NCBI GenBank assembly: GCA_964512295.1
Contig: CAZEGL010000004.1
Location: 30,068 to 94,067 of the forward strand
DNA: 64,000 nt
Source: an uncultured Muribaculaceae bacterium
GTDB taxonomy: Bacteria > Bacteroidota > Bacteroidia > Bacteroidales > UBA932
Direction: 5' to 3'
Below are positions 1-9,441 of this stretch, in pieces. How positions within the stretch are numbered: the first letter of the stretch is position 1; every line of letters starts with the position of its first letter. The translations under genes were made by a program, and so were the position numbers. The notes under the pieces are model-generated. The model ran no database searches, had not been told where the DNA came from, and saw only the letters and a program-made list of their open reading frames with translations.

Positions 1-417
1 TTCCCGGGAGGGAAGAGCGAACCGGGCGATAAAAATTTTATAGAGACCGCCTGTAGGGAGGCCAATGAAGAGCTTGGGGTGGAGCGCTCCAAAATAGAGA
101 TAATCGGCTCTTTAACAGAACTTTTCATTCCTCCAAGTAACTTTATTATCTATCCTATAGTTGCAATTGATAAGGGGGTTGGAGAGCTTAAACCAAATTC
201 CACCGAAGTTAAATTTTTCACCCAAGTAGAGTTGAGTACCCTCAATCCCCAAAATGCCAAAATCTACAATATTGAGACCCCTTCCAATGGAGTAGTTAGA
301 GCCCCCGGCTACTTAGTAGGGGGGCATATTGTGTGGGGCGCAACTGCTATGATTATTTCGGAACTCTATTTGGCCATAGCCTCCTCTACTGCAGAGGGGG
401 TTATAGGCAATCTTTGA
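1..417 (+). CDS. Nudix hydrolase, CoA pyrophosphatase-like (5' truncated by window edge)
   Basis: Frame open from base 1: FPGGKSEPGDKNFIETACREANEELGV is a Nudix box; C-terminal IVWGATAMII is typical of CoA pyrophosphatases. Confidence 0.85.
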   Translation, partial: FPGGKSEPGDKNFIETACREANEELGVERSKIEIIGSLTELFIPPSNFIIYPIVAIDKGVGELKPNSTEVKFFTQVELSTLNPQNAKIYNIETPSNGVVRAPGYLVGGHIVWGATAMIISELYLAIASSTAEGVIGNL

Positions 418-1757
418 GAACCTAAAATTCTGCAACCCTCTGCCGTTACAACCACATCGTCTTCCAATCTAATACCTCCAAAAGAGTATAGAGAGGGGAG
501 CGCAGAGTAATTTATAAACTCCGAATGTAGATTTTCTCCTCTCCACTTTTCAATTAGAGCCGGTATAAAGTAGCAGCCCGGTTCAACAGTAATCACATGA
601 CCCACCTTCAACTCCTTACCCATCCTTAACGACTTCAAACCAAACTGCGTAGCTCTGTGGAAAGTATCGCTATATCCCACAAAATCCTCTCCAAAATCCT
701 CCATATCGTGTACATCCAATCCCATCTGGTGCCCCAAGCCGTGTGGCATAAAGAGGGCATGCGCTCCTGCGGCAACCGCTTCGGTAGGATTGCCCTTCAT
801 AATACCCAAATCGACTAAACCGCGCGCCAACACCTGCGAAGCTGCAAGATGAATATCGCGATAGGGGATAGAGGGCCTTATAAGCTCTATAGCCTTTTGG
901 TTGGCATTGGAGACAATTGTGTAGATATCTTTTTGAATAGGGGTAAAGGTACCACTTGAAGGGAGTGTTCTGGTTAAATCGGACGCATAGTGCATATTGG
1001 TTTCTGCCCCTGCATCAATAACCAAAAGACGCCCTTCGCTCAAAAGCTGATGGTGGCTATTGTTGTGGAGAGTCTCGCCATTTTGGGAGAGTATAATAGG
1101 GAAAGAGGGCATATAGCCATAAGTGATAGCTATACCCTCCATAAGGCCGGCCAACTCCTGTTCAACCATACCAAGGGAGGCAGCTTTAGTAGCGGCCATA
1201 TGCATCTTATAAGCTATATCAACCCCCTTCTCTATCTCCTCCAACTCATAGCTATCCTTTATCTCCCTAAGAGCCACAACAGCTTTGATCAACTCTACAG
1301 AGAAAGAGTTCGCCACCTTGGCAATATCTAACGAGAGCATCTTAGATAGTTTTATTGTAGTTGCCAATCTATAGGGAGGAAGATAATGTACTCTAACCCC
1401 TCTCTTTATATAGTTTGCGAGATAGTTTTCCAATTTATCAAGAGGGAGAACTCTCTCTACCCCAACTCTTTCCCCTCTCTCTTTCATAGGAATTTGGGGC
1501 CCCATCCATATAATATCATCTATACTCACATCGTTGCCAAAGAGCAACTCTTCGCCTGTAGAGCAATCTATTGCAGCCGCCAAGTTGGGCATATCCAATC
1601 CAAAGAGATACAGAAATGTAGAGTCTTGCCTAAAACGGTAACTATTAGAGGGATAGTTCATTCCTACATCGTTGTTTCCTAAAAAGAGAAGGAGACCCTC
1701 CTCCACACTTTTTTTCAATCTCTCTCTTCTTTCAATATAGAGTTCTCTTTTAAACAT
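366..1757 (-). CDS. pepP: Xaa-Pro aminopeptidase (M24B)
   Basis: FRQDSTFLYLFG, DAGAE..YASDLTRT, HGLGHQMGLDVHD, TVEPGCYF, GGIRLEDD. Confidence 0.93.
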   Translation of the reverse strand: MFKRELYIERRERLKKSVEEGLLLFLGNNDVGMNYPSNSYRFRQDSTFLYLFGLDMPNLAAAIDCSTGEELLFGNDVSIDDIIWMGPQIPMKERGERVGVERVLPLDKLENYLANYIKRGVRVHYLPPYRLATTIKLSKMLSLDIAKVANSFSVELIKAVVALREIKDSYELEEIEKGVDIAYKMHMAATKAASLGMVEQELAGLMEGIAITYGYMPSFPIILSQNGETLHNNSHHQLLSEGRLLVIDAGAETNMHYASDLTRTLPSSGTFTPIQKDIYTIVSNANQKAIELIRPSIPYRDIHLAASQVLARGLVDLGIMKGNPTEAVAAGAHALFMPHGLGHQMGLDVHDMEDFGEDFVGYSDTFHRATQFGLKSLRMGKELKVGHVITVEPGCYFIPALIEKWRGENLHSEFINYSALPSLYSFGGIRLEDDVVVTAEGCRILGSQRLPITPSAVEEAMAK

Positions 1758-1792
1758 AGTTTACTTTTATAATATTAATAATTGGATTAAAG

Positions 1793-2827
1793 TTACATAA
1801 AAATTGATTCAATAAAATCACTTTCACTATCATTTAGAAATGTAACCTCAATTGGGAGGTAGAAGAGGCGCTCTCTTGTTTGAAGTGAGACTCTTCTCTC
1901 TAAAGGAAAGAGCCTTTGGGCATCCTTTTCGGTTGTAATAATTATAGCCTTTCCCTCTTTTTGAGAGATTCGGTTTATAGTGGCCACATCTCTTCTCTTA
2001 AACTCTTTGTGGTCTCTGTAGCGTATCCTCTTTATTATTTTATAACTGCTTGAAAGCTGGTTCTCTAAATGGATAGGGTTTGCAATGGCAGTAACCAATT
2101 GCGCATATCGGGAATATATATAGCGCCTATCCCCCTCTTTAAAGAGCGGTTCGGCATCGCAATAGTTTAAAGCGGTAAAAAAGAGCTTCTGTCTCTCTTT
2201 GGTCAAAAGAGTCTCTCTCCATCTGAACTGCTCTTCCAAAGAGAGTTGAGGAGGAGATTTAGTAACTAAAAGAATATCGGCCCTACGAAGTTGAGAGGGG
2301 AGATCCCTCAAAGTTCCAAAGGGTAAAAGATTATCGCACAAAGGGGGGTTGGAGTGGTCTATCAACACAATATTACAAGAGGGTATAACTCTTCTATGTT
2401 GAAAAGCATCATCTAAAATAATCACTTCGGGGCGTTGATCTGGGGGGAGTTCCAATAGTTTGCCTATAGCCCTTACCCTATTTCCATCTACAACAACTAT
2501 CGCTTCGGGAAACTTCCTCTTTATCTGTAGAGGTTCATCGCCACTCTCCCGTACCGAATCGCTACACTCTACATATCTAAATCCACGACTTTTGCGTCCA
2601 TAACCGCGCGATAGAACCGCCACTCTCCTCTCTTGGATCATTCTCTTCACTAAAAATTCGGTATGTGGTGTTTTACCGGTTCCCCCTGCCGAAATATTTC
2701 CAACCGATATAATGGGAATATCGAAGCTGTAAGATTTGAAAATTCCCTTGTCGTAGAGGTAGTTTCTACATGCCAAAATGAAGTAGTAGGGAGCGAGAAT
2801 TACTCTATTTAAGAAAAAAGATTTCAT
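1793..2827 (-). CDS. lpxK: Tetraacyldisaccharide 4'-kinase
   Basis: ISVGNISAGGTGKTP, LSRGYGR, GDEP, LDDAFQHR, TTEKDA. Confidence 0.95.
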   Translation of the reverse strand: MKSFFLNRVILAPYYFILACRNYLYDKGIFKSYSFDIPIISVGNISAGGTGKTPHTEFLVKRMIQERRVAVLSRGYGRKSRGFRYVECSDSVRESGDEPLQIKRKFPEAIVVVDGNRVRAIGKLLELPPDQRPEVIILDDAFQHRRVIPSCNIVLIDHSNPPLCDNLLPFGTLRDLPSQLRRADILLVTKSPPQLSLEEQFRWRETLLTKERQKLFFTALNYCDAEPLFKEGDRRYIYSRYAQLVTAIANPIHLENQLSSSYKIIKRIRYRDHKEFKRRDVATINRISQKEGKAIIITTEKDAQRLFPLERRVSLQTRERLFYLPIEVTFLNDSESDFIESIFM

Positions 2828-2838
2828 ACCATTTACAA

Positions 2839-3843
2839 TTACACCAGAAGTTCTACCTGCTGCGGATAGAGCTCTACCACCATATCCAATAGATCTAAAA
2901 TTACTCTATAGTCACTCTCAGTCACCAATTTAAACCTCAGCTCTTTAAAATTTGGATACCCTTTAAAATAGGCAGAGAGGTGGCGTCTCATCTCCAAAAC
3001 CCCCACCCTCTCTCCCTTCACCTCTACCGATTTTAAAAGGTGTTTTTTTGCCAACTCCACCCTCTCCAAAGTAGTTGGATCGGGCAGCTCTTCTCCGGTT
3101 TCAATTAATCTTTTAATCTGTTTGAAGAGCCAAGGCCTCCCATAAGTTGCACGGCCAATCATAACCCCATCTACCCCATAGCGGTCAAAGGCCTCTTTGG
3201 CTCCGGCCGCATCTTTAATATCGCCGTTGCCCACAATTGGAATAGTTATCTTACTACTCTCCTTTATCTCTCCAATAAGAGTCCAATCTGCCTCTCCCCT
3301 ATAGAGTTGGGTTCCCGTTCTACCGTGTATAGTGAGTGCGGCAACCCCTACATCTTGAAGCCTTAGGGCAAGATCGACAATTATTTTAGACTCCATATCC
3401 CAACCCAATCTGGTTTTAACAGTAACCGGCAACGATACCGCTTTTACAACAGCTTCCGTTATCTCTATCAACTTGTCGGGGTTGCGCATCATGCCGGAGC
3501 CTGCCCCCCTACCTGCAATCTTTCTCACCGGGCAGCCAAAATTTATATCCAAGTAGGAGGGAGAGGAGTGGGCCGCTATTTGTGCAGCCTCTACCATAGC
3601 CTCTTTAATATGGCCATATATTTGAATAGCGATAGGGTATTCGTACGGTTCAATCAGCAACTTCTCCTTAGTAGATTTGGCACCTCTAATCAATCCATCG
3701 GAAGAGACAAATTCGGTGCAGAGCACATCTGCCCCATACTCTTTACAGATAAATCTAAAAGAGGGATCTGTTACACTCTCCATTGGGGCCAAAAAAAGTG
3801 GCTTTTCGCCTAACTCCAAAGTTCCAATCTTCACACTCTTCAA
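2839..3843 (-). CDS. dusB: tRNA-dihydrouridine synthase B
   Basis: LAPMESVTD, DINFGCP, TVKTRLGW, TIHGRT, GNGDI, VMIGRA. Confidence 0.92.
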   Translation of the reverse strand: MKSVKIGTLELGEKPLFLAPMESVTDPSFRFICKEYGADVLCTEFVSSDGLIRGAKSTKEKLLIEPYEYPIAIQIYGHIKEAMVEAAQIAAHSSPSYLDINFGCPVRKIAGRGAGSGMMRNPDKLIEITEAVVKAVSLPVTVKTRLGWDMESKIIVDLALRLQDVGVAALTIHGRTGTQLYRGEADWTLIGEIKESSKITIPIVGNGDIKDAAGAKEAFDRYGVDGVMIGRATYGRPWLFKQIKRLIETGEELPDPTTLERVELAKKHLLKSVEVKGERVGVLEMRRHLSAYFKGYPNFKELRFKLVTESDYRVILDLLDMVVELYPQQVELLV

Positions 3844-3940
3844 CTATCAAAATAATCTTCAAAAATACCAAAATTGGTGTGAATCCTCTCTATTAATTGT
3901 GAAGATTAAAGAAATTGTGTAACAATTAGAGCACTACTAT

Positions 3941-3971
3941 TTTGAGACTTATAAAAATAAGTTTAACTTTG
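3941..3971 (+). promoter_or_regulatory. Bacteroidetes sigma-A promoter of the rplM operon
   Basis: TTTG (3941-3944), 19-nt spacer, TAACTTTG (3964-3971); matches the -33/-7 consensus TTTG...TAnnTTTG. Confidence 0.7.
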
Positions 3972-4033
3972 CATCCCCAATATTTTTTGGGTGATTGTAA
4001 TACAATTACTCTATTTAACTAAAGATCAAGGAA

Positions 4034-4486
4034 GTGAACACATTGAGTTACAAAACTGTATCGGCCAATCGAGCAACTGTCAATAAGGAGTGGGTTGTAA
4101 TCGATGCTACCGATCAGGTGCTGGGTCGCTTAGCTTCTCGAATAGCACTTATTCTTCGAGGCAAGCACAAACCCTATTTCACCCCTCATGTAGACTGTGG
4201 CGATAATGTAATAGTTATCAATGCCGAAAAGGTTCGTCTTACTGGGAACAAAATGAGCGAAAAGCGTTACACCAGATATTCCGGATATCCTGGTGGGCTA
4301 AAGAGTACTACCCCTAAAGAGCTGTTAGAAAAAAAACCTTTAGAGGTTATGAGGCACGCTGTAAAAGGGATGTTGCCAAAAAATCGTTTAGGTTCCGTTA
4401 TGTTAAAGAACCTCTATCTCTATGAAGGGGAAGAACACAAGCACCAGGCGCAACAGCCTAAAGAAATCACATTAACCGAAATTTAA
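4034..4486 (+). CDS. rplM: 50S ribosomal protein L13
   Basis: [38 protein letters not shown]; GTG start. Confidence 0.98.
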   Translation: MNTLSYKTVSANRATVNKEWVVIDATDQVLGRLASRIALILRGKHKPYFTPHVDCGDNVIVINAEKVRLTGNKMSEKRYTRYSGYPGGLKSTTPKELLEKKPLEVMRHAVKGMLPKNRLGSVMLKNLYLYEGEEHKHQAQQPKEITLTEI

Positions 4487-4493
4487 AGAGAGC

Positions 4494-4883
4494 ATGGAAT
4501 TAATTAACGCCCTTGGAAGAAGAAAATCGGCAATTGCTCGCGTTTATCTAGGATCGGGAAAAGGAGCTATAACAATCAACAAGAAGCCCTTAGAGGAGTA
4601 CTTCAAAGAGGAGACACTCCAGTACATTGTAAAACAACCTTTTGAATTGACCAATACATTAGGTTCGTTTGACATCTCTGTAAATCTACAGGGTGGAGGC
4701 TTAAAGGGGCAGGCAGAAGCACTTCGTTTAGGAATTGCACGAGCCCTTTGTGAAGTTGATAAAGAGCAGTATCGTCCTATACTTAAAGCAGAAGGACTCC
4801 TTACCCGCGATCCCAGAGAGGTTGAAAGGAAGAAACCCGGTCAGCCCGGAGCCCGTAAGCGCTTCCAATTCAGCAAACGCTAA
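4494..4883 (+). CDS. rpsI: 30S ribosomal protein S9
   Basis: [38 protein letters not shown]-terminus. Confidence 0.98.
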   Translation: MELINALGRRKSAIARVYLGSGKGAITINKKPLEEYFKEETLQYIVKQPFELTNTLGSFDISVNLQGGGLKGQAEALRLGIARALCEVDKEQYRPILKAEGLLTRDPREVERKKPGQPGARKRFQFSKR

Positions 4884-4917
4884 CCCTATTTTAGCCGATT
4901 TAAGAAGATTCAATTAG

Positions 4918-5010
4918 AATAGAAAACTTACGGACCCTGTATAACGGTTACCTGTAGGTTTGTTCTATTGAGAAAATCCGATAGACCAACAAAAGTTGTT
5001 ACTTAGGATT
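4918..5010 (+). promoter_or_regulatory. Putative structured rpsB leader (two hairpins)
   Basis: aatagaaaacttac (4918-4931) pairs with gtaggtttgttctatt (4954-4969); second hairpin aatcc..caac-aaaa-gttg..ggatt (4975-5010). Confidence 0.4.
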
Positions 5011-5045
5011 GAAGAGAATAGAAATTATTAAAATTAAAAAAGAAG

Positions 5046-6080
5046 ATGCCCAGAACTAATTTCCAAGAATTACTTGAAGCCGGTGCCCATTTTGGACACC
5101 TAAAGAGGAAGTGGAATCCCAAAATGGCCCCCTATATTTTTATGGAGAAAAATGGAATCCATGTAATAGATCTCCACAAAACCATTATCAAGTTAGATGA
5201 GGCTGCAAGTGTAGCCAAACAGTTGGCGAAAGCCGGAAGAAAAATATTATTTGTAGCCACCAAAAAACAGGCAAAAGAGATTGTTGCAGAAAAAGCAGCA
5301 GCTGTAAATATGCCCTATGTTACAGAGAGGTGGCCCGGCGGGATGTTGACCAACTTCCCCACTATCCGTAAAGCTGTCAAAAAGATGAACACCATAGACA
5401 AAATGATGGTTGACGGCACTTTTGAGACTTTAGCAAAGAGAGAGAAATTACAAGTTACCCGCCAGAGAGCCAAGTTGGAGAAAAACTTAGGCTCTATTGC
5501 CGACTTGAATAGATTGCCTTCGGCCCTTTTTATTGTTGATATACAAAAAGAGGTCAATGCAATAAAAGAGGCCAACAGATTAAACATTCCCGTTATAGCT
5601 ATGGTGGATACCTGTTGCGATCCCACCTTGGTAGATTATGTAATCCCGGCCAACGACGATGCTGCAAAATCTATAGAACTTATTACCGAAATTATCTGCC
5701 AAGCTATTGCAGAGGGGCTTGAAGAGAGAAAGTTTGAAAAAGAGAAAGAGGGTGCTTTTCAAGTCACCGCCCCCAAAGAGGGGACAGAGAAGAGGGGTCG
5801 CACTCGCAGGGGAGCAACCAAAGTAAAGATTGAGGAGCAGGGGGCAGCAGAGCCAAAAGCTGAAGCTCCGGCCGAAGCTAAGGAGGAGCCAAAAGTTGAA
5901 GCAAAAGCAGAACCCAAAGCAGATGCCAAAGTAGAGGCCGCACCTGCGAAGAGCGAAGCTCCGGCCGAAACTAAGGAGGAACCAAAAGTTGAAGCAAAAG
6001 CAGAACCCAAAGCAGATGCCAAAGTAGAGGCCAAAGTAGAGGCCGCACCTGCGAAGAGTGAAGATACTCTTAGTGAGTAA
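5046..6080 (+). CDS. rpsB: 30S ribosomal protein S2 with long Ala/Glu/Lys/Pro-rich tail
   Basis: LLEAGAHFGH..WNPKM, RWPGGMLTN, IPANDDA. Confidence 0.98.
   Translation: MPRTNFQELLEAGAHFGHLKRKWNPKMAPYIFMEKNGIHVIDLHKTIIKLDEAASVAKQLAKAGRKILFVATKKQAKEIVAEKAAAVNMPYVTERWPGGMLTNFPTIRKAVKKMNTIDKMMVDGTFETLAKREKLQVTRQRAKLEKNLGSIADLNRLPSALFIVDIQKEVNAIKEANRLNIPVIAMVDTCCDPTLVDYVIPANDDAAKSIELITEIICQAIAEGLEERKFEKEKEGAFQVTAPKEGTEKRGRTRRGATKVKIEEQGAAEPKAEAPAEAKEEPKVEAKAEPKADAKVEAAPAKSEAPAETKEEPKVEAKAEPKADAKVEAKVEAAPAKSEDTLSE
5862..6059 (+). repeat. 93-bp tandem duplication (31 aa) in the rpsB tail, with a nested 12-bp duplication
   Basis: Copies begin at 5862 and 5955 (gaagctccggccgaa...); copy 2 has an extra aaagtagaggcc. 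Confidence 0.95.
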
Positions 6081-6113
6081 TCTTCGTTTTATTAATAAAA
6101 AGAGTATATCAAG

Positions 6114-6938
6114 ATGGAAATTAAAGCGACAGAAGTTGCCAAGTTGCGTAAAATGACCGGTGCCGGTATGATGGATTGTAAAGCTGCACTTGTTGAGGCA
6201 AATGGCGATTTTGAAAAAGCAAAAGAGATAATTCGCGAGAAGGGCAAATTGGTTGCTGCCAAACGGGCCGACCGCGATACTACCGAAGGGGCCGTTGTTA
6301 CAAAAGCCAATAGCGACAACACCTCTGCTATTATTATTGCCCTTGGTTGCGAGACAGATTTTGTAGCCAAAAATGAAGAGTTTTTAGCATTGGCCAACTC
6401 CTTTGCAGAGAAGGCACTTGAGGAGTTGCCTGCCAATTTGGAAGAGCTTATGGCAAAAGAGATAGAGGGGTCGACCATAGAGGAGTTGGTAACACAACAA
6501 ACCGGCAAGAGTGGCGAAAAGCATGCTCTCCTCTTCTACTCTAAATTGAGTGCCCCTTTCATATCATCCTACATTCACAACAACAATAAAGTTGGAACAA
6601 TTGTAGGTTTCTCAAAAGCTATAGATTATGAGGTTGGCAGAGAGATAGCAATGCAAATTACTGCAATGGCACCCATCTCCGTTAATCGCGACAGCTGCCC
6701 TCAAGAGGTGATAGATAAAGAGTTGGAGCTATATAGACACCAAACTAAAGAGGAGGGGAAACCCGAAAACCTTATAGAGCAGATAGCTCAAGGGAAGCTA
6801 AACAAATTTTTTAGAGAGAGTACTTTAGAAGATCAGATATTTGTAAAGGATGGTAAGATATCGGTAGCCCAATATCTTAAATCGGTAGATCCCGAAGTTA
6901 AGGTTACCGCATTCTATCGCTTTTCACTAAACGATTAA
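6114..6938 (+). CDS. tsf: Elongation factor Ts
   Basis: LRKMTGAGMMDCK, CETDFVAKN. Confidence 0.98.
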   Translation: MEIKATEVAKLRKMTGAGMMDCKAALVEANGDFEKAKEIIREKGKLVAAKRADRDTTEGAVVTKANSDNTSAIIIALGCETDFVAKNEEFLALANSFAEKALEELPANLEELMAKEIEGSTIEELVTQQTGKSGEKHALLFYSKLSAPFISSYIHNNNKVGTIVGFSKAIDYEVGREIAMQITAMAPISVNRDSCPQEVIDKELELYRHQTKEEGKPENLIEQIAQGKLNKFFRESTLEDQIFVKDGKISVAQYLKSVDPEVKVTAFYRFSLND

Positions 6939-6960
6939 CTATAAGAGATAATTTTTAAAA

Positions 6961-7071
6961 TAATCTTCGGGGCAGGGTGAAATTCCCGATCGGCGGTAAA
7001 GTCCGCGAGCCGTAAAAGGCAGAACCGTTTAAACTACGGTACCGACAGTTAAAGTCTGGAAGGGAGGAGAT
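6961..7071 (+). ncRNA. FMN riboswitch (RFN element)
   Basis: tcttcggggcagggtgaaattcccgatcggcggtaaagtccgcgagcc...accgacagttaaagtctggaagggaggaga follows the RFN consensus; P1 atcttc/ggagat. Confidence 0.93.
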
Positions 7072-7074
7072 CAA

Positions 7075-9441
7075 ATGAGAACAAAATATTCTATTACTAC
7101 TTGCATGGCAATACCTATAGGTATCGCCATGCTTTTGTTTATAACCCCTTTGACATGGGGCAAAGAGTCTCTTTCGGGCGAAGTGAGAGACACCACAAAG
7201 AGAGAGGAAGAGCAGATTAGAGCTGCCCTATCGCAGCTCCTATTTACCACAGCGGCAGTACCGGAACGGGATGCTCCACTCAGGCTCACCTCTATCGGCC
7301 AAAAGCAGATAGCTCTCAAATCGCCGGCAGAGAGTTATCCACAGCTGCTAAAATGGATACCGGGTATCTACTCCACATCGGAAAATGGAAGTTATGGCGA
7401 TGCCAAAATTAATATTAGAGGGTTCAAGCAGGAGAATATCTCTATACTTCTAAATGGAGTCCCAATTTCGGGTTTGGTCACAGGAAATATGTTTTGGAAC
7501 AACTGGTTGGGATTGAGCGATGCCACCCATAAGATAGAGGTTCAAAAGGGAATTGGAAGCTCTATGCTGTCGGACAATTCGGTAGGGGGAACTATAAACA
7601 TTGTGACCAAAGGGGTTGAAGAGAGAGGCTCTTGGGGTGTAGCCCTCTCTGGAACTGAATGGGGGCTTCTAAGCAACTCCCTCTCCTTCTCTACAGGCAA
7701 ACTAAAGAGTGGGTGGGGGGTATCGCTCCACACCTCATATACTGTAGGTAAAGGAGTTCCCAAAGGGACCAGTGTAAACTCAGGCTCATACCTACTCACC
7801 GTTGCAGGAGAGCCCACCAAACGAAGCTCGCTCCAACTAACAATTTTAGGTTCCCCCGACCGTCATGGTCAAAGAAGTGTGCGCCTTTCCAACAGCGAAG
7901 TAGAAGAGAGGGGTTTGCGGTACAATAAAAATTGGGGCTACCTAAATGGTAAAGAGAAGAGTATTAGTGAGAATTTTTATCATAAACCTTATATAACGCT
8001 AAGCTACAACTATTTTCCTACTCCAAAATTGGAGTTTAAAGCTACCGGCTACCTCTCTATTGGAGATGGAGGTGGTATCTGGAGCGAAAGTAAAGGAGAG
8101 AAGATAATTGAATTTCAAAAAGATGGGCAGATAGATTGGGAGGGGGTGATTGAAAAAAATAGAGAGCAACAGGGAGGGGCATTAAATATACTCTCCAACT
8201 ATCTTGCAGGACACACCCAAGTTGGTCTCTACAGCTCGCTTACCCGCCATTTTAAAAGATGGTCGTGGGAGGGGGGTATAAATTATCAACACTACACCAC
8301 TTGGGAAAAAGAGCAGATAACCGATCTATTGGGGGGAGAGTGGTGGTATGAAGAGTATGAGCGATTCTCTTTGGCAGGAGTGGCGGGCCGCCAACAGCAA
8401 AAGGGAGTTGGCGACTATATTAGAACCTACAACGGCAAAATAATTGACCACCTCACCCTCTACTCCTCTGCAAATTATAAGAGCGGCAATTGGAGGGGCA
8501 CCCTTGGAGCATCGCTAATGGGGAGCCTAAATAGCAGATGGGACAAATATAACTACATAGATGATATAGGGAGTAAAACTGCAATAGGTATTGGTGCAGC
8601 TATAAAGGGTGGAGTCAACAGAAGAGTCTCCCGCTCACTCTCTCTATACTTGAATGGGGCCGCCTATCTACGAGCCCCCTATCACAACATCTTCTTCTCA
8701 TCGGGCGACAATAGCATAACCAATGGGGTAAAAGGTGAAAGCAACTATATGGGAGAGGGTGGAGTGAGGCTTCTATGGGATAGGATAGCTATAGAGATTG
8801 GAAGCTACCTCTCACTTTGGAAAAATAAGAGTATAATTTCGCCGCGCTACACCCAGCCCGACCAGAGTAGCAGCCGCTATTTGGTACGCGGATTAAATGC
8901 TCTTCATAGTGGTGTAGAGGCCACCGCAAGTTGGCATGCAACCCACTGGGCACACTTAGAAGGCTCACTCTCAATAGGAAAATGGCGTTGGCTCAACAAT
9001 GTGGCTGCCAACATTTACCATCCCTACTCGGGGCTTCCGATAGATAGAATAGATATCTACACCAAGGGAGTTCCTGTAGGAGATGCTCCCCAATTACAGA
9101 TAATGGTTTCGCCACACCTTAAACTCTATAAGGGGTTGGAGATGGTGCTCCAAATGAGCTATTTTACAAATAATTGGGCCGATTTCAACCCCTCCGAAAG
9201 GGTAGATCCCAACGATACCTCCCCACCCTATAAAATTCCAGGCTACTCCTTAATCGATCTTACCCTACAGTGGAGCTTCAAAATTATTGAAGGGAGAGAG
9301 AGCGCACTATTTTTAAAGGTGAATAACCTTACAGGAGAAAATTATATAGAGCGGGGATTAGATGGAGCCGACCATACCCTACACTCTTTTAGAGGTTTTT
9401 GGGGAGCGCCCAGATACCTCTCATTGGGAGTTAGATTCTAA
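7075..9441 (+). CDS. TonB-dependent receptor, putative riboflavin/flavin importer
   Basis: Signal peptide; plug motifs INIRGF..NI..LLNGVP and IEVQKG..VGGTINIVTK; ends in LGVRF; FMN riboswitch immediately upstream (substrate inferred). Confidence 0.85.
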   Translation: MRTKYSITTCMAIPIGIAMLLFITPLTWGKESLSGEVRDTTKREEEQIRAALSQLLFTTAAVPERDAPLRLTSIGQKQIALKSPAESYPQLLKWIPGIYSTSENGSYGDAKINIRGFKQENISILLNGVPISGLVTGNMFWNNWLGLSDATHKIEVQKGIGSSMLSDNSVGGTINIVTKGVEERGSWGVALSGTEWGLLSNSLSFSTGKLKSGWGVSLHTSYTVGKGVPKGTSVNSGSYLLTVAGEPTKRSSLQLTILGSPDRHGQRSVRLSNSEVEERGLRYNKNWGYLNGKEKSISENFYHKPYITLSYNYFPTPKLEFKATGYLSIGDGGGIWSESKGEKIIEFQKDGQIDWEGVIEKNREQQGGALNILSNYLAGHTQVGLYSSLTRHFKRWSWEGGINYQHYTTWEKEQITDLLGGEWWYEEYERFSLAGVAGRQQQKGVGDYIRTYNGKIIDHLTLYSSANYKSGNWRGTLGASLMGSLNSRWDKYNYIDDIGSKTAIGIGAAIKGGVNRRVSRSLSLYLNGAAYLRAPYHNIFFSSGDNSITNGVKGESNYMGEGGVRLLWDRIAIEIGSYLSLWKNKSIISPRYTQPDQSSSRYLVRGLNALHSGVEATASWHATHWAHLEGSLSIGKWRWLNNVAANIYHPYSGLPIDRIDIYTKGVPVGDAPQLQIMVSPHLKLYKGLEMVLQMSYFTNNWADFNPSERVDPNDTSPPYKIPGYSLIDLTLQWSFKIIEGRESALFLKVNNLTGENYIERGLDGADHTLHSFRGFWGAPRYLSLGVRF

